A DNA stretch of 44,424 nt from Methanothrix sp. (GTDB taxonomy: Archaea > Halobacteriota > Methanosarcinia > Methanotrichales > Methanotrichaceae): the NCBI GenBank assembly GCA_040770465.1, contig JAXGJB010000020.1:1-44424 (forward strand). Direction: 5' to 3'. This document shows positions 27,617 to 37,322 of this stretch, piece by piece (position 1 is the stretch's first letter; each line of letters begins with the position of its first letter). The notes under the pieces are model-generated. The model made no database searches. It saw only the letters and a program-made list of their open reading frames with translations, and had not been told where the DNA came from. The position numbers and the translations under genes were made by a program.

Positions 27617-29422
27617 TCACACCTCATTGAAGTCGCTTACCCGATCGACGATGTAAAGGACGATGTGCTTCAAAGATAGGTCTACGCTGGTCCTCCTTTC
27701 GATGGCTGGGTATTCCTTTTGGACTTCGGTGCCATCGGGTAGCACCGCCACCACGGCGACGGTCAGTTTCAAATCATATAGTCCGCTCTTGAGCGGTGTT
27801 ACATCCCAGGACCATCGTGCTATACCATCTGACTCCGCATCAATATCTAATGGGATGATCCGGAAGTTCTCGCCTACGAGGTCGGACCTCAATGACGCGT
27901 TGAGTTTCGCGATCTCTTGTTCCGACACCCCACGACCTCTGAGCCTTGAAAGCAGCTCCTCCTGGAAGCCCTTTGCGACGGCCGCATCAACCGTCTCAGA
28001 GACGCCAACGGTCATATCCTTCGGCGAGTAGAATGATATCGTCCCGAGTTCGAGACCTTCAAGCTCCGCCTCCACCATCTCCGTCAAGTTAAGCTCCGCT
28101 TCTGGGTCGGCGGTCTCTTCCCCCATCATCTTGCGAAAAGACTTGATGATCTCGTATTTCCACCAACCTCCTGAACTGCCACTTCTTATCGGAGATTCTG
28201 TGCCATTTATTGAGACGACGACTCTAGTATCATTGCCGAGAGGTTCTATGGCCATTCCATCGAGGGGCGCCTCTTCTGGGACCGCGGTTGAAACCTTCTC
28301 TTCGAAGACATCGGCAAAAGACTCATCGGCCGGCTCCGCCTCTGAACCGGCCTCTTCATGGGTTGCGGAGATGGGCTTTTCTTCAACATAGGTTTCAGCG
28401 GGGTAGGTCATCAATTCCGGTTCTGGCTCGAGGGTTGGTGTAGCAGTCAACTTTTCTGAGGCTTGGATCTGGGCAACTGATCCATCGTCCTCGATGTCGG
28501 AGGCTTCTTCTACTTCTTCTTGGATTAGCTTGCCGATATCACTCTCGTCTTGGACGGCTTGACCCTCACGATCGAGATCGGATATAGGAGCTTCCATATC
28601 CGAAGCCGTATCGTTTCTGGCTCCTTCATAGGATCCGACCGGATCGTAGGTCCCGACCGCCATAGGTTCTGTAGCTTTTTCTCCATCTTCAGAAGGCTCT
28701 TTCACGATATCCGTGAGATCCTCTGTCTTACCATCTGAAGATGGTTCATGGTCTTGGTCGTTTTCGGCCAGCTCGTTATCAAGGAACGTGTTTTCTTCAG
28801 AATTTATCAGCTCGAAGTCCTGATAGTTGCCACTGATAAGATTATCCATGATAGTGTTGTTCTTCGACGATTCGAGGACGACTCCAGACCATCGGTTATC
28901 TCTGATGGCGTTCCCAGATATGACGTTTTTTGAGGAGTTCTTGAGATATATGCCGCGCCAGCTATCTTGAACCACGTTGTCCTTAAGGACGTTGCCGCCA
29001 GAAGAACGGATAGCGATCCCGGTCCAGCTGTCGCGAACGTCGTTGCCGATAATTACGTTATTGCTGGATTGGACATCGATCCCGATCCTAGCGTTAATAG
29101 CTACAAGACCCTGGACCGTGACTCGGTCGGAGTTTACTGATATGGCAGATCCGTCGCCACCAGCGTCGATTACGGGCTTTAAGCCTCCTGTTTCCTCGCC
29201 TTTGAGGGTGAGCTGCTTGTTGACCATCAAGTTTTCTTGATATACACCGCTTTGAACCGAGACCGTATCCCCTTCGGCGGCGGCATCTATCGCCGATTGG
29301 ATCGTCTCGCCAGGAGCAACCGAGATCGTGGATCCTGAACCGATCGCTCCGGAAAAGAGGATCGCGACGAAACCCAGAATGACGACCTTAATCGGATATC
29401 CGGTTCTAGCCAATCCAATCAC
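27617..29422 (-). CDS. Secreted NosD/CASH beta-helix protein with acidic linker and C-terminal beta domain
   Basis: Signal-like N-terminus, TIQSAID...GVYQEN, repeated GI.L..S.NN.I..N. Confidence 0.85.
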   Translation of the reverse strand: MIGLARTGYPIKVVILGFVAILFSGAIGSGSTISVAPGETIQSAIDAAAEGDTVSVQSGVYQENLMVNKQLTLKGEETGGLKPVIDAGGDGSAISVNSDRVTVQGLVAINARIGIDVQSSNNVIIGNDVRDSWTGIAIRSSGGNVLKDNVVQDSWRGIYLKNSSKNVISGNAIRDNRWSGVVLESSKNNTIMDNLISGNYQDFELINSEENTFLDNELAENDQDHEPSSDGKTEDLTDIVKEPSEDGEKATEPMAVGTYDPVGSYEGARNDTASDMEAPISDLDREGQAVQDESDIGKLIQEEVEEASDIEDDGSVAQIQASEKLTATPTLEPEPELMTYPAETYVEEKPISATHEEAGSEAEPADESFADVFEEKVSTAVPEEAPLDGMAIEPLGNDTRVVVSINGTESPIRSGSSGGWWKYEIIKSFRKMMGEETADPEAELNLTEMVEAELEGLELGTISFYSPKDMTVGVSETVDAAVAKGFQEELLSRLRGRGVSEQEIAKLNASLRSDLVGENFRIIPLDIDAESDGIARWSWDVTPLKSGLYDLKLTVAVVAVLPDGTEVQKEYPAIERRTSVDLSLKHIVLYIVDRVSDFNEV

Positions 29423-30090
29423 CGCCCCAGCCAGCCAAGAAATTTCGGGGCCTTTCTTCGTATACGGCCGTGATTTTGCGCCCCCAACTTTTGGAGGGAC
29501 TCGGCTGCAACAGATCGACAGCGGGACGACTCATCATCCAATGCTCGGACGAGATGATCCGCAGCTTTCGGGTCTCCGATCTCGCCGAGAGCCCAGAGAG
29601 CACCAACCCGGACAGTTGGATCCTCATCATCAAGAATGACCTTTATCAGCGAATCTGTCGCCCTGGGGTCCCCAATCTCGCCGAGGGCCTGAGCCGCGGC
29701 GGACCTGACCCGCCAGCTCTTGTCATCCAGAGCCTGGATGAGGGGGCTTGTAGCCCTTAGATCGCCCGCGCTCCCAAGACCCCAGGCAGCACACCTTCGA
29801 ACGCTTGGATCCTCGTCCAACAGAGCTTCGACGATGAAATCTACGGCCCTTTCGTCTCCATTCTCTCCGAGGTCCCAGGCGGCTTTCGACCGCACTCTGG
29901 GATCCTCATCCTTGAGAGCATCGATCAGAATCTCAATCAGGATTGGGCTGTCTGCACGTCCGAGAAGACTTCTCCTGTTGTTGGGATCTGGATATTTATC
30001 CTCTCTAATCCAAGCCTCTCCACTTTCGCCCATAACCATAGTTCCTATTGATTGAAGCTTCAAGTAATTTACCCCGTAAGCAGTCTTCAC
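29419..30090 (-). CDS. HEAT (PBS lyase-like) repeat protein
   Basis: About five L.DED..VR..AA.ALG..GD repeats. Start uncertain. Confidence 0.88.
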   Translation of the reverse strand: MKTAYGVNYLKLQSIGTMVMGESGEAWIREDKYPDPNNRRSLLGRADSPILIEILIDALKDEDPRVRSKAAWDLGENGDERAVDFIVEALLDEDPSVRRCAAWGLGSAGDLRATSPLIQALDDKSWRVRSAAAQALGEIGDPRATDSLIKVILDDEDPTVRVGALWALGEIGDPKAADHLVRALDDESSRCRSVAAESLQKLGAQNHGRIRRKAPKFLGWLGR

Positions 30091-30099
30091 GGCAGATCA

Positions 30100-30247
30100 G
30101 CAGGATGCCCACGATTTCAATCGTGGGAGGCTGGAAGAATATTGCTGATCTTGAGGCTGCTGTAAACCAGCCCAGCTGGTATGGGATTTTTCTGCTTAGA
30201 TTCTAGGGCTATAGAAAGTCCCTCTCTTTAGGGTATAGGGTAGTTCT
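30100..30247 (+). mobile_element. Non-autonomous IS605/IS1341-derived mini element (tnpB 3' end/omegaRNA-region remnant)
   Basis: Hairpin cccacgatttcaatcgtggg (30108-30127). 30132-30173 reads WKNIADLEAAVNQP, like a TnpB C-terminus. Ends aagtccctctctttagggtatagggtagttc. Confidence 0.65.
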
Positions 30248-30320
30248 TCCTCTCGACCAAAGGTTGGGCGACGCCCTCCGCAATACCCGCTGCATCGCTA
30301 GCAAGCGATCCAGCCGAAAT

Positions 30321-30345
30321 AAAAACCACGACCCGGAAAACTATT
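30321..30345 (+). repeat. 25-bp direct repeat, copy 1 (copy 2 at 31191-31215)
   Basis: aaaaaccacgacccggaaaactatt versus aaaaaccacgatccggaaaactatt (24/25 identical). Confidence 0.9.
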
Positions 30346-30516
30346 CGTCATGGCCCTCCTCCCACCGGGGACAAGCGACCGTGAATCCTCCCACCGGGCA
30401 GATCGAGACATAGCCTTATGGCCGGAAGCCTCTATTCAGGGGTGGGGTTAGGGCGTTGCCAGGACGACCAGAGGTTACGTCTCCCCCTTCGGCCAAAAAA
30501 GGCTTTATCTCTGTCC

Positions 30517-31068
30517 TTAAGCTGCCTTGATCTCGGAGATGTTCTCCTTGATTTCGGCCACTTCCTGGCTCAGCAGCTCGTACTTCTTTTCGAGATCTTC
30601 GAGGGTCGTCTGCCTTGCCAGGGTGGATACGTCATTTTTGATGGAGGATACATCCTTTCTGATGATGGAAGTGTCTTCTCTAACACCTTCCAGAACGGTC
30701 AGGGTTTTTTCCTGCTTGCTGATCATTATATCCTGCTTCTTATCTATGCTTATAATGGCGGGTATGGCCTTGTTTATCTGTTCAAACTGCAGGAACTGCA
30801 TGAAGACCACAGCTTCCGTTACCTCTCCTTCAAACTCCTTCACCTCTATTTTATCGACTTGAGCGTGGAGAGGAAATGCAGATTTCACGAAGTCGAGGTA
30901 CCGATCGATTTTATCTTCAGCTCCACCGACCCGAACCACAATGCTCTCGTCGACGTTGAAAGCGAATACCTTTCCAATCCCCATGGTCATGGCGTTAACT
31001 AAAAGGAACGCTCTGTAGCCCACTTCAATGACTTTGGGTCCTCTTATTACGATCTCGATCGCCTTCAT
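30517..31068 (-). CDS. Acylphosphatase-domain/coiled-coil protein (type C-like head)
   Basis: GPKVIEVGYRAFLL...FN head, EQINKAIPAI linker, KQDIMISKQ heptad and LEKKYELLSQEVAEIK tail. Confidence 0.8.
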   Translation of the reverse strand: MKAIEIVIRGPKVIEVGYRAFLLVNAMTMGIGKVFAFNVDESIVVRVGGAEDKIDRYLDFVKSAFPLHAQVDKIEVKEFEGEVTEAVVFMQFLQFEQINKAIPAIISIDKKQDIMISKQEKTLTVLEGVREDTSIIRKDVSSIKNDVSTLARQTTLEDLEKKYELLSQEVAEIKENISEIKAA

Positions 31069-31242
31069 TCTGACTATCCTTTTATCTTATCAGTATTTTA
31101 TCTTTGGGGGGCGAGAGGCGCTGACCGGAAGCCCTCCCCTAAATATGGCTTGACAAAAGATCCAAGAGCTTGTCCACATTTGCTGGCGAGAAAAACCACG
31201 ATCCGGAAAACTATTAGTACCTTGAAATAGACCAGAAATACC

Positions 31243-32406
31243 GTGGCTCAGAAAAGGCCTTTTCACGTGATGATCATCCCGACTTTGGGCTGTCCCTCCA
31301 GCTGCAGCTACTGCTGGAGTTCCGACGAAAAGTCCCCCATAATGACCATCGAGACGGTGAAAGAGATCGTCGAATGGCTCAAGGTTTTCCGGGACGACCC
31401 CGTCACCTTCACTTTCCACGGCGGCGAGCCGCTCCTCGCCGGAGCCGACTTTTATCGACAGGCTCTGGCCCTGATCACCGAAGGCCTCCGGCCCATGAAG
31501 ATCGCCTTTGCCCTCCAGACCAACCTATGGAAGATGACCCCGGAGCTGGCCGACGTTCTGGCGGAGTACCAGATCCCCATCGGCTCAAGCCTCGACGGCC
31601 CAAAGGAGCTGAACGACCTCCAGAGGTCCGAGGGCTACTTCGACAAGACGATGGCCGGCTACAAGATCGCAAAAGACCACGGCCTATCCGTCCAGTTCAT
31701 CTGCACCTTCACCTCCTACTCGATCGATTTCAAGGAGGAGATATTCAACTTCTTTTTGGAGAACGGCCTCACCCTCAAGCTCCATCCCGCCCTCCCCTCT
31801 CTGAAGAGCGACGACCCCGATAAGTGGGCCCTCGCCCCCGAGAAGTACGGCGACCTCCTGGTCTACCTCCTGGACAAGTACCTGGAGAACATGGACAAAA
31901 TCGAGATCAGGAACATCAACGACCTCTGCCGATGCGTCTTCACCGGCCGGGGGACGGTCTGCACCTACGTCGACTGCATGGACGACACCTTCGCCGTGGG
32001 CCCCGACGGGAGCATCTACCCCTGCTACCGGTTCGTTGGGATGCCGGAATGGGTGATGGGCCACGTCCGGGACCGCCCCAGCCAGGAAGCCCTCAAAGGA
32101 TCAGAGGCCGGAAAGAGGATGCAGGAGTTCAAGAAGCGGGTGGACGCCGAGTGCAAAGGCTGCCGACACCTCCGATACTGCCGGGGCGGATGTCCCTACA
32201 ACGCCATAGCCCCCTCCGGCGGCGAGCTTCTTGGCGTCGATCCCCACTGCGTCGCCTACAAGAGGATCTTCGACGAGATCACCGACCGGTTCGAAAAGGA
32301 GATCTTCGGCTCCCTCGGCGCCTGCATGCCGACCCCGCCGTCGGTCTCTGGCCAAGGCGGAAAGCCTGGTATTATGGCTCTGATCCAGAAGATAATATCG
32401 GGCTGA
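31243..32406 (+). CDS. Radical SAM/SPASM enzyme (methanogen putative peptide-modifying family, TIGR04083-like)
   Basis: CPSSCSYC, FHGGEPLL, SLDGP, and SPASM motifs C...G.IYPC and C..C.....C.GGC. Confidence 0.85.
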   Translation: MAQKRPFHVMIIPTLGCPSSCSYCWSSDEKSPIMTIETVKEIVEWLKVFRDDPVTFTFHGGEPLLAGADFYRQALALITEGLRPMKIAFALQTNLWKMTPELADVLAEYQIPIGSSLDGPKELNDLQRSEGYFDKTMAGYKIAKDHGLSVQFICTFTSYSIDFKEEIFNFFLENGLTLKLHPALPSLKSDDPDKWALAPEKYGDLLVYLLDKYLENMDKIEIRNINDLCRCVFTGRGTVCTYVDCMDDTFAVGPDGSIYPCYRFVGMPEWVMGHVRDRPSQEALKGSEAGKRMQEFKKRVDAECKGCRHLRYCRGGCPYNAIAPSGGELLGVDPHCVAYKRIFDEITDRFEKEIFGSLGACMPTPPSVSGQGGKPGIMALIQKIISG

Positions 32407-32589
32407 TCGTTGCCGGCCCGGGATCAGGCCCTCATCAAATTTTTGCCATCTCCATCTCGAACCGCCGTTCGAATCTACCTCAGATCCGACCAATCCCTGA
32501 GATCAGGCCACTCTCTCAGATCCGATCTATCCCTTCGATCATCCCTCTTCCTCGACCGTCCTCTGACCAGCCCTCGCTTCTTTCTATTT

Positions 32590-33510
32590 TCACAGGATCG
32601 TCAGGATCGCGATGATCTCCAGGAAGTATATCGCCACCAGCATGCTCCCCTCAAACCTGGTGATCCGATTTCCCAGTACCATGAACCCGAGGAGGAGGCT
32701 GATCAGCACCACCACGGGTAGGGTGACGGAGACGAATGCCTCGTCGACGGCCAGCTCCCCAACCAGGGATGCCGATCCGAGGATTATCAGGGCGTTGAAG
32801 GCGTTCGCCCCCAGGACGTCCCCCATGGCGATGTCGCCCCGGCCGTTCTTGGCGGCGACGATGGCGGTGCTGATCTCGGGTAGCGACGTCCCCACCGCGA
32901 GAAGGATCACCGCCACCACCGCCTCCGACAAACCCAGAGTGGCGGAGATCGTCCGGATCGCCTCGATCATGTAGTTCGCGCCGACCGAGAGGAGAACGAT
33001 CCCGAGGAAGAAGAGCCCGAGGTATCTTGGGACGAGCTTCTCGCCCCCCTTCGACTCGCCCTTCCGGTGCTCTGAGACCTCGTGACGGATGAAGGAGAGG
33101 TAGATGGCGATGAGAAATAAGCCCTCGATCCAGGTTATCCTGTAGTCCAGAAAGACCACGTAGGCCGCCAGCATTGAGGCGAGGAGAAATGAGAGATCCG
33201 TCTCCAGGATCTTCCGGTCGATGTATATCCCGTAGAACATCGCCGCAGCTCCGAGGGCGAGGCCGGTGTTGGCCAGGATCGACCCGAGAGCGTTTCCGGC
33301 GGCGATCTCGGGCCTCCCCCCGTCGACGAGCATCGCCACGATGGAGGTTGAGAACTCGGGAAGGGCCGTCCCAAAGGCGACGACCGTCGCCCCGATGACG
33401 AACTCCGATACCCCCAGGACCTTGGCAAAGTGGACGGCGCTGTCGGTGATCGACTTCGCCCCGTAGTAGAGGGCGACCAGGCTCACGGCGAAGGTCAAAA
33501 ACTCCAGCAA
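32590..33510 (-). CDS. Ca2+/Na+ antiporter (CaCA, YrbG-like)
   Basis: Alpha repeats GTALPE and GTSLPE, about 10 TM segments. Confidence 0.93.
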   Translation of the reverse strand: MLEFLTFAVSLVALYYGAKSITDSAVHFAKVLGVSEFVIGATVVAFGTALPEFSTSIVAMLVDGGRPEIAAGNALGSILANTGLALGAAAMFYGIYIDRKILETDLSFLLASMLAAYVVFLDYRITWIEGLFLIAIYLSFIRHEVSEHRKGESKGGEKLVPRYLGLFFLGIVLLSVGANYMIEAIRTISATLGLSEAVVAVILLAVGTSLPEISTAIVAAKNGRGDIAMGDVLGANAFNALIILGSASLVGELAVDEAFVSVTLPVVVLISLLLGFMVLGNRITRFEGSMLVAIYFLEIIAILTIL

Positions 33511-33809
33511 GAATCAAGCCTCAGGAGGACCGTTGTTGGTCCTCATTAATTAATCAATCCATCTTCGACGCGACAGGGCGAAGGCGGAATGTTGGAAGGG
33601 GAAGGACCCGGATGCCGCCGAAACCCGGGGAAAATAAGATATATGGGATTGAATAGGTATTTTAATGAGGAGATACAAAGAATTTCCCGGTTAGAGCAGT
33701 TAGGGATCGACCAGGGGGTTCTTGGGGATGGACACGCCCCGAGATCGCCGGGCCGGGAGCTTTATGAGCTCTCCCTGCCTGGGATGGAGTAGCAACGGGT
33801 GGTCGAGGT

Positions 33810-36800
33810 TTGTACATCAAGGAGATAGAGCTCAGGAACTTCAAGTCCTTTGGCAGGAAGGTAGTGATACCCCTCAAAAACGACTTCATCGCCATCACCG
33901 GTCCCAACGGGAGCGGCAAGTCCAACGTCGTCGACGCTCTTCTCTTCGCATTATCCCTCTCGTCCAGCAGGGCGATGAGGGCCGAGAGGCTTCCCGACCT
34001 AATATACCGGGGAGACAACGGCAAAAACCCCGACTTCACCGAGGTTACCGTCAAGTTCGACAACGCCGAGAGGACCGTCCCGGTGGACGAAGACGTCGTC
34101 GAGATATCAAGGAAGGTCAGGCTTACAAAAAACAAGTACCAGAGCATCTACTATTTTAACGGCAACCCATGCACCCAGACGGAGATCCACGACCACCTCT
34201 CCCGAGCCGGGATCACCCCCGAGGGTTACAACGTGGTGATGCAGGGGGACGTCACAAGGATAATCGAGATGTCTCCCCTTGACCGGAGGAGGATCATCGA
34301 CGAGATCGCCGGGGTCGCCGAGTTCGACGAGAAGAAGAAGAAGGCCCTGGAGGAGCTGGAGGTGGTGAGGGAGAGGATCGACCGGGGCGACGTGATCCTG
34401 GAGGAGGTCGAATCTCAGCTCGCAAGGCTCTCGGAGGAGAGGGATAGAGCCCTCGCCTACCAGGCTCAGCGGGAGGAGAAACGCCGCCAGGAAGCTTTCT
34501 TGCTCCTGGCGAAATTGAAAGAGGCGGAATCAGAACTCTCAGAGCTGGAGCGGGAGAGCGAAGCCCTCCGGACGAGAGACGAAGAGCTATCAGGAAGCCT
34601 CGACCAGGAGCGGGCGGATCTCTCCCTCCTGGAAGAGGAGCTGAAAAAGCTCGCGGCCGAGATCACCTACAAGGGCGAGGACGAGCAGATCGAGGTCAAA
34701 CGGCAGATGGTGGAGAAGAAGGGCTCGATCGAGGCCGAGGAGAACAGAATCGAGATGGCCGACGTCGAGATCGCCGAGATGGAGGCCGAGCAGAGGTCCG
34801 ACTACCTGGAGGCCGACCGGCTCGGCCGGGAGTTGGAATCCCTAACATCGAAGGTCAGGGACGGCTCCATCCGCAAGGCGAGCATCCTCGCCGAGATCGA
34901 GGAGAGGGAAGAGACCCTCGACGGCTATCGGGAGAAGATCGCAAAAGCCGACGCAAGGTATGCCGAGCTGCGTGACCAGCTTTCCATCGTCAAGAAGGAG
35001 TGGGAGGATGCCAAGTCGAGGGTGGCAGACCTGATGCGGGAGAGAGACCGCCACCTCGACGCCGCTCGGAGGAGGTCGATCGAGGGGGAGGAGGCGGCCG
35101 TCGAGATCTCCGAGGCGAAGGAGACGATTGGGGGCCTGGGCCGGGAGATGGAAAGGATAGTTCGGGATCGTGGTGGCCTTGAGGACCGGATCTCCGCCCT
35201 CGAAGAGGAGAGAGACGACCTAGACTCCGCGCGGATATCGATAAGGCGGGAGATGGCCGGGGTCGACGAGCGGCTCCAGAAGCTCCAGATGGAGAAGGCG
35301 AGGGCAGAGGCTAGTTTGAGGTCCGGGGAGGGGTCGGGCTACAGCAGGGCCGTGGAGGCGATAAGGTCGGCCATCAGTCGTGGACAGCTCGCCGGCCTAT
35401 TCGGCACGATAGCCGAGCTCGGCGAGGTCGGCGAGGTCCACGCCACCGCCCTGGAGGTGGCGGCCGGGGCGAGGCTTCAGAGCATCGTCGCCGAGACCGA
35501 CGGGGACGCGGCCCGTGCCATCGAGTTTTTGAAGAGGTCGAAGGCGGGACGGGCCACCTTCCTCCCCCTCAACAAGATGGCCTCGGGAAGGCCCCCGGCT
35601 CCGCCGAACGAGGCCGGGGTCGTCGACTACGCCCTCAACCTCGTCGGGTTCGACCCCCGTTTCCTCCCCGCCTTCTGGCACGTCTTCAGGGACACCCTGG
35701 TGGTGCGTGACCTGGAGACTGCCAGGAGGATGATGGGCCGGTATCGGATGGTGACCCTGGACGGCGACCTGGTGGAGAAGGGGGGAGCCATGACCGGGGG
35801 CTCCTTCAAGTCCAGGCTCAAGTTCGCCGCCGACGAGAGGCAGAAGCTGGAGGAGGCGAATAGAAGGGTGGTGGCGGCCCAGGCCGAGAGGGAGGCCCTC
35901 ATCGAGAGGCTCGATCGGGTCGAAGGCGAGGTATCCACCGTCCGGAGGGAGATGGAAGATCTCTCCCGGGAGGTCTCGCGGATCGAGATCCGGGCCGAGG
36001 AGATCGACGGCCAGAAGCTCAGGCTCGAACGGTCGATCGAGGACCGGGAGAAGAGGCTCGCCGAGATGAAGGCCGAGGCGGCCGAGGTGAGAGAGAAGCT
36101 CGACTCCCTCGAGCGGGATATCCGTGGGGGGGAGTCTGAGTCCAGAGGCTGCGAGGAGCGGGTCGGGGCACTGGAGAGGGATCTTGCGGGCTCGGAGATC
36201 CCTGAGCTTTCAGCCCTCGCCGACGGCCTGGAGTCTGAGATCCGGGGGCTAGAGAGGCGGGTCTCCGAGATCGAGTCCGAGATCACCGGCGATCGGCTGA
36301 GGCTTGAGAGTTCACTTGCTCGAAAGGCGGAGCTTTCCACAAGAAAAGAGGCGCGGGAAGGAAAGAAGAGGGCGGCGATGGAGAAGAAGAACGCGGCTGC
36401 CGAGAGGATAAGAGAGGCGAAGCTCGCCCTAAGTGAGCTGGCCAAAAAGGAGAGGGAGATCGAGGAGGAGCTATCCGACCTGAAGGGCGAGAGAAGCCGG
36501 CTCCTCGACAGGACCATGGCCAAGAGCCGGGAGGTCGACACCATCGACCGGGAGCTGGACCGGGTCCGGGCCCGGATCGCGGCAGCCGAGGGGGCGGCCC
36601 GGGAGATGAGGTCCGCGGCCGACGACCTGAGGTCCGAGATCGAAGCTTGCGGGATCGACCTCTCCGAGGAGCCGCCCAAGAGCCAGACGATAATCCGGAA
36701 GATCAGCGCCCTGGAGCGGTCGATGCAGGAGCTGGAGCCGGTGAACATGCTGGCGATCGAGGAGTACGACCGGGTCTTCGACCGGCGTGAGACCCTCCGC

Positions 36801-37322
36801 GACCGGCGTGAGACCCTATCGAGGGAGCGAGAAGACCTCCTGGCGAAGCTCGACCGGTACGAGGAGATGAAGCGGGAGGCCTTCATAGCCGCCTTCGACG
36901 GGATCAACGAGAACTTCAGGGATACCTTCCATCGCCTCTCCGACGGCGAGGGGGAGCTGGTCCTGGAGAACGATGAGGACCCCCTCGCCGGCGGGATGAC
37001 GATCAGGGCTCGGCCCGCCAGGAAGGCCTTCCACCGGCTGGAGGCGATGTCCGGAGGCGAGAAGAGCCTAACCGCCCTCTCGTTCATCTTCGCCATCCAG
37101 AGGTTTCGGCCCGCTCCCTTCTACGCCCTGGACGAGATCGACATGTTCCTGGACGGGGCGAACGTCGAGAGGGTGGCAAAGCTGATCAAGGGGATCGCCG
37201 AGATGGCCCAGTTCATCGTCGTTTCCTTACGAAAGCCGATGATCCAGGAAGCGAAGTACGTCGTCGGGGTGACGATGCAGGAGAACAACATTTCCACCGT
37301 AACGGGGGTGTGTCTCAACTGA
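33810..37322 (+). CDS. smc: Chromosome segregation protein SMC
   Basis: GPNGSGKSN Walker A, hinge GRATFLPL, MSGGEKS signature, LDEID Walker B. Confidence 0.98.
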   Translation: MYIKEIELRNFKSFGRKVVIPLKNDFIAITGPNGSGKSNVVDALLFALSLSSSRAMRAERLPDLIYRGDNGKNPDFTEVTVKFDNAERTVPVDEDVVEISRKVRLTKNKYQSIYYFNGNPCTQTEIHDHLSRAGITPEGYNVVMQGDVTRIIEMSPLDRRRIIDEIAGVAEFDEKKKKALEELEVVRERIDRGDVILEEVESQLARLSEERDRALAYQAQREEKRRQEAFLLLAKLKEAESELSELERESEALRTRDEELSGSLDQERADLSLLEEELKKLAAEITYKGEDEQIEVKRQMVEKKGSIEAEENRIEMADVEIAEMEAEQRSDYLEADRLGRELESLTSKVRDGSIRKASILAEIEEREETLDGYREKIAKADARYAELRDQLSIVKKEWEDAKSRVADLMRERDRHLDAARRRSIEGEEAAVEISEAKETIGGLGREMERIVRDRGGLEDRISALEEERDDLDSARISIRREMAGVDERLQKLQMEKARAEASLRSGEGSGYSRAVEAIRSAISRGQLAGLFGTIAELGEVGEVHATALEVAAGARLQSIVAETDGDAARAIEFLKRSKAGRATFLPLNKMASGRPPAPPNEAGVVDYALNLVGFDPRFLPAFWHVFRDTLVVRDLETARRMMGRYRMVTLDGDLVEKGGAMTGGSFKSRLKFAADERQKLEEANRRVVAAQAEREALIERLDRVEGEVSTVRREMEDLSREVSRIEIRAEEIDGQKLRLERSIEDREKRLAEMKAEAAEVREKLDSLERDIRGGESESRGCEERVGALERDLAGSEIPELSALADGLESEIRGLERRVSEIESEITGDRLRLESSLARKAELSTRKEAREGKKRAAMEKKNAAAERIREAKLALSELAKKEREIEEELSDLKGERSRLLDRTMAKSREVDTIDRELDRVRARIAAAEGAAREMRSAADDLRSEIEACGIDLSEEPPKSQTIIRKISALERSMQELEPVNMLAIEEYDRVFDRRETLRDRRETLSREREDLLAKLDRYEEMKREAFIAAFDGINENFRDTFHRLSDGEGELVLENDEDPLAGGMTIRARPARKAFHRLEAMSGGEKSLTALSFIFAIQRFRPAPFYALDEIDMFLDGANVERVAKLIKGIAEMAQFIVVSLRKPMIQEAKYVVGVTMQENNISTVTGVCLN

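Noticed and set aside
36779-36817. 21-bp-period duplication in smc (DRRETLR DRRETLS)
   Set aside because: A single in-frame heptad repeat in a coiled coil, unrelated in sequence to the MLDKQDQ repeat, and SMC length is normal.
35627-37096. 489-aa antisense ORF and other long shadow ORFs over smc, scpAB, the antiporter, radical SAM and GH15 genes
   Set aside because: Ser/Arg-rich antisense or off-frame products expected in GC-rich coding DNA, overlapping well-supported genes.
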